From an uncultured Alphaproteobacteria bacterium (GTDB lineage Bacteria > Pseudomonadota > Alphaproteobacteria > HIMB59 > GCA-002718135), in NCBI GenBank assembly GCA_902575375.1, contig CACGRD010000003.1, positions 300 to 64,299 on the forward strand: 64,000 nt of DNA, given 5' to 3'. Under the pieces are notes generated by a model, which had not been told where the DNA came from, did not search any database, and saw only the letters and a program-made list of their open reading frames with translations. Positions 37,459 to 46,133 of the stretch are shown piece after piece. Positions within the stretch are counted from its first letter, which is position 1. Each line of letters starts with the position of its first letter. The translations under genes and the position numbers were made by a program.

Positions 37459-37547
37459 AATTTATAAGGAGATTGTTAAAGACTCTGATAGTTAATTAGC
37501 GTATAGGTCAACTGGGTGAGTGGTAAGGCCTATCGCTGACCCATTTT

Positions 37548-37964
37548 CTAGTTAGTTTGAGGCTCAACTGTTATTAATTTTTCACTAATCCAAGAGTTCA
37601 TGCCACTTTGTGCATTGTAAATAGTAGTGTTAAGTTCTTTATCCATCATATTTGCAACAATTTTAGATCTATATCCCGATCTGCAAATTAATATTATTGG
37701 ACCAGTTACATTTATTTCTAGTTGTAATTTTTCGTACCATTCATCAAAATTATAATTCCCCTCTTCATCAAAGAAAGTTAGTAAAATACTATTAGGAATA
37801 ACGCCTGTTTGATCCCATTCTGAACTTCTTCTTACATCTACTATTGGAATATTAACATTTGATAATTTTATCATTTCTTCATTATTGACATCTATAACTT
37901 CTGCAAATACAAATTTTGCAGTCAATAAACAAAATATAATCTTTATATTAAATCTAATATTCAT
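37548..37964 (-). CDS. secreted rhodanese-domain sulfurtransferase
   Basis: Signal peptide and the active-site loop ILICRSGYRS. Confidence 0.75.
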   Translation of the reverse strand: MNIRFNIKIIFCLLTAKFVFAEVIDVNNEEMIKLSNVNIPIVDVRRSSEWDQTGVIPNSILLTFFDEEGNYNFDEWYEKLQLEINVTGPIILICRSGYRSKIVANMMDKELNTTIYNAQSGMNSWISEKLITVEPQTN

Positions 37965-38124
37965 AAATTAATTCCCAATAATCTTAAAATAATTTTAATT
38001 GTGCAACTATCAAGTCAGACTTGGTAGTTATTTTAAAAAATTAATCGTGTTCTCCACCTGGATCATTTTTTGGCAGTTCAACTTTATAGGGATTGCCATA
38101 TTTATCTCTGTAAATAACGCTACC

Positions 38125-38409
38125 TCATGCTCTATTCGCTGAATGGTAACCTTCTCTAAATTTATAAACATTCTCAGATATTTTAAAAGTAGCAATAGTG
38201 ATAGCAATGGCTGCAATTAAAAGAAAATGTGCAGCAAAAGTTACTCCCATTACATACCATGATCCTACATAAAGACTGAATGCGATGCACCACATCCAAG
38301 CTAATATTTGCAATACCATGTGTCTTACTTGCAGGTCGGGAATGTGCTTTAATGGATTAAAATCATGACTCATAACACTATCCCAACATTCGACTATAAA
38401 TTGTCTCAT
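38125..38409 (-). CDS. small membrane protein (94 aa) ending at an in-frame TGA
   Basis: Two or three TM segments. See the finding on the 27-codon in-frame extension after the TGA. Confidence 0.55.
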   Translation of the reverse strand: MRQFIVECWDSVMSHDFNPLKHIPDLQVRHMVLQILAWMWCIAFSLYVGSWYVMGVTFAAHFLLIAAIAITIATFKISENVYKFREGYHSANRA

Positions 38410-38547
38410 AAATAGTAAATAGGTCTTTATTTTAAATAATAAATACCTTGTTAAATATTAGTAATTATAGAAGCATCTTAAATAAATATAAGTAATTAAC
38501 TATAGGCAACTATTTTAAACTAAAAAGAATAGAAAAAAGGACGTATT

Positions 38548-38817
38548 ATGAAAATTATTATGAATGTTAAATTAAAAGAAGGTTATGAAAAATGGAAAAA
38601 TCTTTTTCTCAGTGTTGATACTCATAGAGAAAAATATGGAATAAAAGTTTTAGCATATGGCCATCCTAAAGATGATGAAACTAAAATTTATCAAGTTTTA
38701 GAGATTGAATCGATGGAAAAAATGCAAGAAGCTATGCAAGATCCAGAATTAGCAAAACTGAGAACTGATGCAGGAGTCGATCTAGACAGCCAAGAATTAG
38801 TTTTCTTAGTCGAGTAG
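38548..38817 (+). CDS. small soluble protein (89 aa), unknown function
   Basis: RBS AAGGA, followed by a hairpin terminator. No motif recognised. Confidence 0.5.
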   Translation: MKIIMNVKLKEGYEKWKNLFLSVDTHREKYGIKVLAYGHPKDDETKIYQVLEIESMEKMQEAMQDPELAKLRTDAGVDLDSQELVFLVE

Positions 38818-38859
38818 ATTAAAAACAAATAATACACTATATTGTTATGGGGTATAAAG

Positions 38860-38881
38860 CCCTCTCCACTGAGGGAGTTTT
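38860..38881 (+). terminator. intrinsic terminator
   Basis: CCCTC (38860-38864) pairs with GAGGG (38871-38875) around a 6-nt loop, followed by AGTTTT. An outer TGGGG/CCCCA pairing (38848-38852 / 38883-38887) encloses it. Confidence 0.5.
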
Positions 38882-38898
38882 GCCCCACTTATTTTAAC

Positions 38899-39834
38899 TT
38901 AAGTTCTAAGTGTAGTTTCAGCAACTACTAACTCTTCGCGCTTATTTTCTCTAAATACAACAAAGATACCGCTTGCAATAATAAGAAAAATTCCAATAAT
39001 TGAGTTTATATCTGGCACTTCAGAAAAAATTATAATACCGATTATTATTGCAAAAATTAGATGTACATATTCAGTTATACTATTCACTAGTGGCGATCCA
39101 ACTCTGTAAGCAGCAATTAAAAAAAATATTCCAAGACTTCCAGTTATGGAAATAACAAGTACTAATCCAATTATAAGAAAATCATTTAGTATCCATGGAT
39201 TACTGAGAATAGAAAATATTAATAAATTAAAATTTGAGTTGTGAAGTAAAATGCTCATTAAACCTCCTCCAATAAAAGCACCCATATAAATGTGAGAGGT
39301 TTGTTGAAATAAATTATCTTGAATTGAAGTTTTTTTTGCTAATGTCATTGACAATGCATAGGTAGAAGCAGCAATTATTGGAAATAACATATAAATATTT
39401 ATCTCATCAAATTCTGGTTTAATAATTAAAAGAGTGCCACTGAAACCAACAAAGATTGAAAATATTCTATTTAACCCAATTTTAATATTCAGAATAAAAT
39501 AGGAAAAAATAGTAACAAAAAATGGACTTACAAAAAATAAACTTGTTGCTTCTGCTAAAGTAATTTGACTTAAAGAAATAAAAAAAAGGGTAAAACCAAA
39601 GAAGAATGTTAAACCTCTGAAAATTGCTATATAGGGATATGCCGATCCAAAGAAAATTGGCTGTTTAGTGTAAATCACATATAAGTATAATACTAATAGA
39701 CCAACACCTCCTCTAAATACTAGAATCTGCATTAAAGAAACATCATGAATAGTGTATTTAATTAAAACATCTTGGGTAATTATGAACAGCATTCCAACAA
39801 TAATTAAAATGAGACCTTTAATGTTATTATTCAT
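38899..39834 (-). CDS. EamA/DMT family transporter
   Basis: Ten-TM profile, 311 aa. Confidence 0.75.
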   Translation of the reverse strand: MNNNIKGLILIIVGMLFIITQDVLIKYTIHDVSLMQILVFRGGVGLLVLYLYVIYTKQPIFFGSAYPYIAIFRGLTFFFGFTLFFISLSQITLAEATSLFFVSPFFVTIFSYFILNIKIGLNRIFSIFVGFSGTLLIIKPEFDEINIYMLFPIIAASTYALSMTLAKKTSIQDNLFQQTSHIYMGAFIGGGLMSILLHNSNFNLLIFSILSNPWILNDFLIIGLVLVISITGSLGIFFLIAAYRVGSPLVNSITEYVHLIFAIIIGIIIFSEVPDINSIIGIFLIIASGIFVVFRENKREELVVAETTLRT

Positions 39835-39912
39835 AAAAATTTTCTTAAATAATTTAGGTATTAGTTTAGAAAAAAAAATAATATATAATTATTTAATAAT
39901 ATATAAATAATT

Positions 39913-40935
39913 TTGATGATCTTTTATCTTGTAACACCACTAATATTAATCTTTGCCAGTTCATTAGGATTAATTATTAATCCTTCTTGGTCAATTTCGC
40001 CTTTTATTTGGGTTTTTGTGTTAGTTCCAATTATCGATCTTGTATTACCTTACTTAAGTAAAGATGATGTTGAGCTAAATGAAAGTGTGTTTCACAATTT
40101 TTCTATTTTAATTGTGCTCCCCTGTATTTTATTTTTAATTATATTTGGTTTAATTGTTGTTTCCGATTCAACTATCACTTTATTAACCGCTGCTTCTTTA
40201 GGCGCAGCTGTAGGTATGTCTGGTGGTTCTATTGGCATTACAACTGCACACGAACTAATTCATCGAAAAAATAAGTTTATGAGATGCATTGGAGTTTTTT
40301 TATTAATTTTATGTTGTTATGGACATTTTCGTATTGAACATATTTATGGTCATCATTTAAATGTAGCTACTAAAGAAGATCCTGCTACAGCTAGAAGAGG
40401 TGAAAATTTTTATTTTTATTTTATTCGCTGTGTAATTAACAGCGTAATTTCTTCCTGGAAAATTGAAAAAAATATTCTTGATAGAAAAAATCAAAATACT
40501 TTCAGTTTTCAAAATAGAATGATTCATTACTTTGTATTAGAATTTTTATTTTTAGTATTTGGATATTTAATTGCTGGTACGAACGGTTTAGTTTTTATTA
40601 TTTTTCATTCTTTTGTCTCAATAATCTTATTGGAGTTAGTAAATTATATTCAACATTATGGGTTAGAGAGAAAAAAAGAAAATGGAAGATACGAAAGATT
40701 TACAGATTTCCATTCCTGGAACAGTCGTCACATCTCTGCTAATTGGTCGACATTTAATTTAGGTCTTCATGCAGAACATCATCAAAGTGCTTCAAAACCC
40801 TATCCTCTTTTATCCCAAGAAGAAAAAGCAATTGAAATGCCTGCTAATTATTCCATTATGTTAATAATGGCTTTAATACCCCCTTTGTGGTTTTTTGTGA
40901 TGGATAGGAAAATAGATAATTTAAAAACTATTTAA
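39913..40935 (+). CDS. AlkB-like integral-membrane di-iron hydroxylase (fatty acid desaturase / alkane 1-monooxygenase family)
   Basis: Histidine boxes HELIHR, EHIYGHH and LHAEHHQ, plus the NYIQHYGL block typical of AlkB. Confidence 0.7.
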   Translation: MMIFYLVTPLILIFASSLGLIINPSWSISPFIWVFVLVPIIDLVLPYLSKDDVELNESVFHNFSILIVLPCILFLIIFGLIVVSDSTITLLTAASLGAAVGMSGGSIGITTAHELIHRKNKFMRCIGVFLLILCCYGHFRIEHIYGHHLNVATKEDPATARRGENFYFYFIRCVINSVISSWKIEKNILDRKNQNTFSFQNRMIHYFVLEFLFLVFGYLIAGTNGLVFIIFHSFVSIILLELVNYIQHYGLERKKENGRYERFTDFHSWNSRHISANWSTFNLGLHAEHHQSASKPYPLLSQEEKAIEMPANYSIMLIMALIPPLWFFVMDRKIDNLKTI

Positions 40936-40941
40936 TTTAAT

Positions 40942-41643
40942 ATGATAGATTTTTTTTCTAAGTTGAAAGACAATCGTATTTTTCAATTTTCTGTTGTTGT
41001 TATAATTATTTTAAATGCCATTCTTATAGGTGCCACTACGTATCAATTAGATCCTATATTTTTAAACACTATTCATTTACTTGATTATGCGATAACGGTT
41101 TTCTTTGTTATTGAAATACTTATTCGTTTTATTGGAGAAAAAGAAAAGAAAAAGTTTTTAAAAGATGGTTGGAATGTATTTGATACTATAATTGTTGCAA
41201 TATCGCTTATTCCAATTCCAAATAATTCTAGTTTCCTAGTTTTACGTCTTCTTCGTATATTTAGAGTTTTACGATTAATATCTGTTATTCCTGAATTAAA
41301 AAAAATTATAGAAGCAATTCTTGCTTCTATAAAAAGAGTTTTTTTTGTGAGTCTTCTGCTTTTTATTATCCTTTATATATATGCAACTATGGGTTCTATT
41401 TTATTTGGAGAAGATGATCCAGAAAGATGGGCAGATTTAGGAATATCTCTTATAACTTTATTTCAAGTTTTGACTTTATCTAGTTGGGAGAACGTTATGT
41501 TACCGATGCAAGCAATTTACTGGTGGTCATGGATTTATTTTTTTTCCTTTATCTCTATTTGTTCAATAACAATTTTAAACCTTGTTATAGCAATTCTTGT
41601 TGATGTTGTTAATCATCAGCATGATAATGAGAAAAAAAATTAG
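40942..41643 (+). CDS. bacterial voltage-gated sodium channel (BacNaV, NavRh-type)
   Basis: S4 is RLLRIFRVLRLISVIPEL. The pore segment is FQVLTLSSWENVM, with TLSSWE at residues 178-183 by my count. Confidence 0.85.
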   Translation: MIDFFSKLKDNRIFQFSVVVIIILNAILIGATTYQLDPIFLNTIHLLDYAITVFFVIEILIRFIGEKEKKKFLKDGWNVFDTIIVAISLIPIPNNSSFLVLRLLRIFRVLRLISVIPELKKIIEAILASIKRVFFVSLLLFIILYIYATMGSILFGEDDPERWADLGISLITLFQVLTLSSWENVMLPMQAIYWWSWIYFFSFISICSITILNLVIAILVDVVNHQHDNEKKN

Positions 41644-41676
41644 TAGAGAATCGCTAAAAAAATATTAAAAAAAAGT

Positions 41677-42081
41677 ATGAAAGAAACATTATTTAAACCA
41701 TTACATTGGATTATGTTAATCCTTATATCTCTTGATTTTATTGATACATCTTATCGAATTACATACGGGTATTTTTCTGGTCAAGGTGTGCAACCACCTG
41801 TAGGAGATTTTAATGTTCAACTTTCCACTTTAGACTTTATTGTAAGTATCGTGTTTCAGTTAGCAATCGCTTACACTATTTATATGTTGTACAAAATGAA
41901 AAGAAGTGGTGGATATTATTTAGTAGGTTTAAATATTCTTTTTGTAATTTATGGATTTGTTATTGGTCCGTTTAGCACAGTACCAGCTGGAGAAGTATTA
42001 CCTCTCATTGCAGGCTTTATGGTTTTTTATATCATTCTAGTTATTGGAATACCTTACTTGTATTCTGATAAATATGAATAA
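41677..42081 (+). CDS. 4-TM membrane protein, unknown function
   Basis: Hydrophobicity pattern only. Confidence 0.5.
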   Translation: MKETLFKPLHWIMLILISLDFIDTSYRITYGYFSGQGVQPPVGDFNVQLSTLDFIVSIVFQLAIAYTIYMLYKMKRSGGYYLVGLNILFVIYGFVIGPFSTVPAGEVLPLIAGFMVFYIILVIGIPYLYSDKYE

Positions 42082-42085
42082 TATA

Positions 42086-44059
42086 TTACAAATTATTTTC
42101 TAAGTAACTTTGAACTGTTAGTGCAGATTTAGATATTATTTTATATAGTAATTGTATTTCCTCACCTTCTTGTAAATAATTTTTTCTCATACATTTTTGT
42201 TGGTTTATAATTTTTTTATTATTAACATTCGTTTTAGTTAATATAACTAACCATTTATTTGATTTTATTAACCTTCCACATTTTTCAACTATTTTTGTAT
42301 TTATATCCAATAAATATTTATCAAATGGTGGATCACTTATAAAGAACCCAACTGCTTCAGTTTCACCATCTTTTAAGAAAGCTGTTTTTAATTCAAGTTT
42401 ATCAAAATGATATAAAATATTTGATTTATCAGGGTTAAAATATTTTAAATTTTGATTAAAGTATTGCAATTGACCCCTAATTCTTGCTGACTTAACTTCA
42501 AATTCTATATTGTCTTTAATAATTGGATTTTGTGTACTTATAAAATTAAGCTGATTATTATCAATAATTAAAAATTGATCTTTTTTTATATATTTTGAAA
42601 GAGAAATTAGTTCATTAAATTTCTCCATTTGATCTTCAAGTTGAAGCTGTCTTTCCATTTTTAATTTTTTAGCATTTTCCTTTAATCTTTTTTGGTTAAG
42701 TGAAACAATTTCTTTTTCTTTTTCAATTTTACTTATGTTTCCTTCATATCTTTCATTTGCTCTTATTACAGCATGTAAATTTAATGCATGATTGGATCCA
42801 AAAGGAGTTTGCTCTCTATATCCAAGTGTTTTACGATAAACTTTATCGCCAAAATTTTTATAAATATCTTTTCTGTAAGTTTGAACGTATCTTATTGATT
42901 GCCTTATCATCGCTTCTTTCCAACCTGGTAAATAAATACCTAATCCATCAGTTTTTCTTTCATTTTTAGGCTTTAAAAGTTCAGTCCAATCATGTGTTTT
43001 GTTGCCAAAATTTAATTTTGCATATTTAATGATTGCTTCAGGAACAACATCATCCCAAATTGTATAATGGAAATCAAAAGCATCTTTTATTTTAATTCCA
43101 GATGGAATAGTAATTTCATAGAAGTTAATATTTAAAGTATGAAATATTTCTGCAAAAACACTAAAATAAAACAAAAAATTTTTTGAATAAGATATAGCCA
43201 AACCTCCTCTGTAGGCATAAGGAACATACACACCATCTTTATCAATGAAGGTCATTAAATATTTTAAGTCAATAATACCTTTATCAAATAATTCTTGATT
43301 ATTAGTAATTAAACCAATTAATAATCTTGTAACAGTATGTGCATTAGATATAGTTCCACAATCGTCAGTCGAAGTTCTTAAAATTTCCTCTTCATCATAT
43401 TCTTCTGGAATTTTGCATCTCCCCCTTTTGGCTTGTGATTTAATATCCATTAAATCAACATTTGCTCTAGAGATAAACCATTCATTGATCATCTTTATTT
43501 CTTGATCTGATAAACCTAAATGATTTTTTTCGACTGCATACATTTGTGCAAGCATGGATAATATTTTCCAGTAACTATAATGATTATCTCCTTGCTGTAG
43601 ATTAAAAGAGTCTGTTGAAGAATAATAAAGAAGATAATTTTTTAATAAATCAGTATTACGATCAGGAATTTTGTTAAGAGTATTTCCAAAAAATTGTCTA
43701 AATTTTGCATACATAATACAACTATCCCAATCAAGTTGGGTTCCCATTTTAAAAAATTCATCGCTAGTTTTATATAAGATTGAATCAAATTTTTTGAGAT
43801 GATCAAAGCATTGTTTATCACCTTCATTTGCCTGAAGCTCTCTAACAATTTTGGGACTTCCAAGATCTTTATAATAATCTTGAATAACTTCGTCATAGTA
43901 TTTTATATCTTTAACAAGAGACCATTCTTCTGGTATTTGTATATTTTCAATTTCTTTAATTGTAAAATGTTTTACTAATTCTTTCTTATCAATTGGTTTT
44001 TCGTATGAAAATGCAGAGGTATTAAAAAATATAAAAATAGTTAGTAATAGAAATTTCAT
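42086..44059 (-). CDS. secreted 657-aa protein with an alginate-lyase-like (PL5 / AlgL-type) N-terminal region and an unknown C-terminal half
   Basis: Signal peptide MKFLLLTIFIFFNTSAFS. DNHYSYW resembles the AlgL NNHSYW catalytic block. A coiled-coil linker lies around residues 440-480. Confidence 0.4.
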   Translation of the reverse strand: MKFLLLTIFIFFNTSAFSYEKPIDKKELVKHFTIKEIENIQIPEEWSLVKDIKYYDEVIQDYYKDLGSPKIVRELQANEGDKQCFDHLKKFDSILYKTSDEFFKMGTQLDWDSCIMYAKFRQFFGNTLNKIPDRNTDLLKNYLLYYSSTDSFNLQQGDNHYSYWKILSMLAQMYAVEKNHLGLSDQEIKMINEWFISRANVDLMDIKSQAKRGRCKIPEEYDEEEILRTSTDDCGTISNAHTVTRLLIGLITNNQELFDKGIIDLKYLMTFIDKDGVYVPYAYRGGLAISYSKNFLFYFSVFAEIFHTLNINFYEITIPSGIKIKDAFDFHYTIWDDVVPEAIIKYAKLNFGNKTHDWTELLKPKNERKTDGLGIYLPGWKEAMIRQSIRYVQTYRKDIYKNFGDKVYRKTLGYREQTPFGSNHALNLHAVIRANERYEGNISKIEKEKEIVSLNQKRLKENAKKLKMERQLQLEDQMEKFNELISLSKYIKKDQFLIIDNNQLNFISTQNPIIKDNIEFEVKSARIRGQLQYFNQNLKYFNPDKSNILYHFDKLELKTAFLKDGETEAVGFFISDPPFDKYLLDINTKIVEKCGRLIKSNKWLVILTKTNVNNKKIINQQKCMRKNYLQEGEEIQLLYKIISKSALTVQSYLENNL

Positions 44060-44112
44060 TTTTATAAATGTTTATAACTATATCTAATTAAAATATATTT
44101 GTTAAATATTTT

Positions 44113-44397
44113 TTAAAGAAGTATATTTTTATATTTTTTCTTGAATTTATTTAGCTTTTCTCTTCCATTGAAATCCAATCTATAGGATGTAAATAAATCT
44201 TTTTTGTTACCTACATCTATTTTGGAAACACTAACAAATTTTAGATCAATATCCTCTACATCATCTATATTTCTAACAAGCAAAGCTAATTTCCATTCTA
44301 ATTCCTTGCTTCGAAGATTTTCAGGAATAGAATCTTCTTCGCCTGACTTATTTGTGCTTTTGCTAAATAAATTAGATATATTATCTAAAATTTTCAT
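44113..44397 (-). CDS. hypothetical protein (94 aa)
   Basis: ORF only. I prefer it to the antisense ORF 44204-44410 because its composition is hydrophilic and protein-like. Confidence 0.4.
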   Translation of the reverse strand: MKILDNISNLFSKSTNKSGEEDSIPENLRSKELEWKLALLVRNIDDVEDIDLKFVSVSKIDVGNKKDLFTSYRLDFNGREKLNKFKKKYKNILL

Positions 44398-44580
44398 AAA
44401 TAAAATATAGGTTTTGTAATGAAAAGTTCCAATAAATTAACTTTTATTAATAAGAACTAATTAAATTTAATAACATTATAAGATTTAATTGAATTGTAAC
44501 AAAAATGTATTATTTAATAATTAGAACGATTTGACTCTATTGCGGTTTACAAGCAGCTAAAATGAGATACGTATAAATTT

Positions 44581-44618
44581 ATCCTCCCATTAAGAAAAAT
44601 GGTGAGGATATTTTTTTT
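44581..44618 (+). terminator. intrinsic terminator placed immediately 5' of an RBS (attenuator or sRNA 3' end)
   Basis: ATCCTCCCAT (44581-44590) pairs with ATGGTGAGGAT (44599-44609), leaving one bulged T and an 8-nt loop, followed by T8 (44611-18). The AGGAG RBS and the ATG at 44630 follow directly. Confidence 0.6.
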
Positions 44619-44629
44619 AGGAGATAATT

Positions 44630-44887
44630 ATGAATTTATGTGTTGTATCAAAAGGATCTTTTACCAAAGATGATTACATGGAATTATATAATTTTTTTAA
44701 AGATGATATTGCAAAATATACTGATGCGTTTGATATGGCTTTTGTTAAAGATGGCCATGTGATGATTATGTGTAATGTAACCGATGAAGAGAAATTTTAC
44801 GCTTTATTTGATGACCCAAAATCAAAAGAATTTGATTCAAAATTTAATAGTACAGATACAGTGTATTCTTTGCAAAAGGTAGAATAG
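44630..44887 (+). CDS. small soluble protein (85 aa), unknown function
   Basis: Strong RBS (TAGGAGATAATTATG). Confidence 0.5.
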   Translation: MNLCVVSKGSFTKDDYMELYNFFKDDIAKYTDAFDMAFVKDGHVMIMCNVTDEEKFYALFDDPKSKEFDSKFNSTDTVYSLQKVE

Positions 44888-45499
44888 TTATAATCCACCT
44901 TGAGAAGTTAAGAAGTCAGAGATTTTTTCAATTCCGTTATTATTTTTCATTTCACCAAAAATATAAGGTAAACCATTTCTGGCTTCATTCACATCTTGTT
45001 TCATTTGCTCTAAATCAACATTAACATATGGAGCAAGGTCAACTTTATTAATGACGAGTAAATCAGACTTCCTAATTGCTGGTGCTTTTTTTCTAGGTAT
45101 GTCTGCACCTTGCGCTACATCAATCATATAAATTGTTAAATCAACTAACTCTGGACTAAAAGTTGCGGCTAAATTATCACCACCGGATTCAATAAGGATT
45201 AAGTCTAAATCTGGAAATTTTTTTTTCATTTCATCTACTGCAAGTAAATTTATGGAGCAATCTTCTCTTATAGCAGTATGTGGACAGCCACCAGTTTCTA
45301 CACCTTTAATTCTTTCTATAGGTAGAACCTGTGCTTTCATTAAATATTCCGCATCTTCAGTTGTATAAATATCATTTGAAATAACTGCCATAGAAACTTT
45401 TTTAGATAAATGACGACATAAGGCTTCTGTTAAACTAGTTTTACCAGTCCCTATTCCACCACCTATGCCAACTTTTAAAGGTCCGTTTATATTATTCAC
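44888..45499 (-). CDS. ureG: urease accessory GTPase UreG
   Basis: P-loop [11 protein letters not shown], the CPH metal-binding motif ([13 protein letters not shown]) and ESGGDNL. Confidence 0.9.
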   Translation of the reverse strand: MNNINGPLKVGIGGGIGTGKTSLTEALCRHLSKKVSMAVISNDIYTTEDAEYLMKAQVLPIERIKGVETGGCPHTAIREDCSINLLAVDEMKKKFPDLDLILIESGGDNLAATFSPELVDLTIYMIDVAQGADIPRKKAPAIRKSDLLVINKVDLAPYVNVDLEQMKQDVNEARNGLPYIFGEMKNNNGIEKISDFLTSQGGL

Positions 45500-46131
45500 G
45501 TTAAATAAATCCTTGAGTCTAAATTTTCATGCTTAATGGCATAAATATCACCAATAAAAAAAGTTGAACCTATATCTTTAAGAGTTAGTTTATCTGATTG
45601 ATTTAAAAAATCTTGAATTTGATTAATAAAAATAACATTTAGACTCTGTCCATCTTTTTGAGACATTGGTATATGTTTTACACATACATTTATTAAATTA
45701 GAAATGAATGATTGTAGATAAAACTTAATTAAATCATCAAATTTAATATTAAAATGCAATCCAGCTTTTGTTAAACAATATATTAATGATGTTTTTGCAG
45801 GCAAAGATAATTCCCAACTATCTCTCATGATTTTACGAAAAGAATTTCCCATATCTATCATTTCTATTTGCCTTTCTTTAGAAGAAGCACTTGCTAAGAT
45901 TAATTGATTAATTTCCTCACCTTTGTAAATAGACTTCATAAAAATATAGTCATTTCTTAATGTTCCATAAAATAAAAGGGCATCTAAAAATTCTTTAACA
46001 TCATTATTATTTTTAATTTTTTTATTATCAATCAGAGCTTCTAAACCATGAGAGTATGCGTAAGAACCAATAGGAAAAGAAGATGAAAACCATACTTGTA
46101 GTATTTGACGAGGATCTTTAAATTTTTTCAT
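45496..46131 (-). CDS. ureF: urease accessory protein UreF
   Basis: [18 protein letters not shown] block and its position between ureE and ureG. Confidence 0.8.
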   Translation of the reverse strand: MKKFKDPRQILQVWFSSSFPIGSYAYSHGLEALIDNKKIKNNNDVKEFLDALLFYGTLRNDYIFMKSIYKGEEINQLILASASSKERQIEMIDMGNSFRKIMRDSWELSLPAKTSLIYCLTKAGLHFNIKFDDLIKFYLQSFISNLINVCVKHIPMSQKDGQSLNVIFINQIQDFLNQSDKLTLKDIGSTFFIGDIYAIKHENLDSRIYLT

Positions 46132-46133
46132 TT

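Larger units (their letters stand above)
25031..37547. mobile_element. putative integrase-associated genomic island; the right boundary is uncertain
   Basis: Integrase at the left edge, then a compositionally foreign sirtuin, a terS-like gene, an R-M operon, a Cas4-like nuclease, orphan genes and a phage-type 2OG oxygenase. I found no convincing att repeats by eye. Confidence 0.35.

Noticed and set aside
38125-38127. The in-frame TGA as a selenocysteine codon.
   Set aside because: I see no convincing SECIS-like stem-loop in the 40 nt downstream. The flanking residues (NRA-U-GSV) do not resemble a redox motif, and there are no sel genes in the window. A nonsense mutation or a sequencing error is more likely.
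44531-44580. Assigning the leader upstream of the 85-aa gene to the SAM-II/SAM-V riboswitch class.
   Set aside because: There are only loose resemblances (UUGC, AAGCAGCUAAAA). I cannot reproduce the pseudoknot consensus from memory, and the downstream gene is unrelated to methionine or SAM metabolism.
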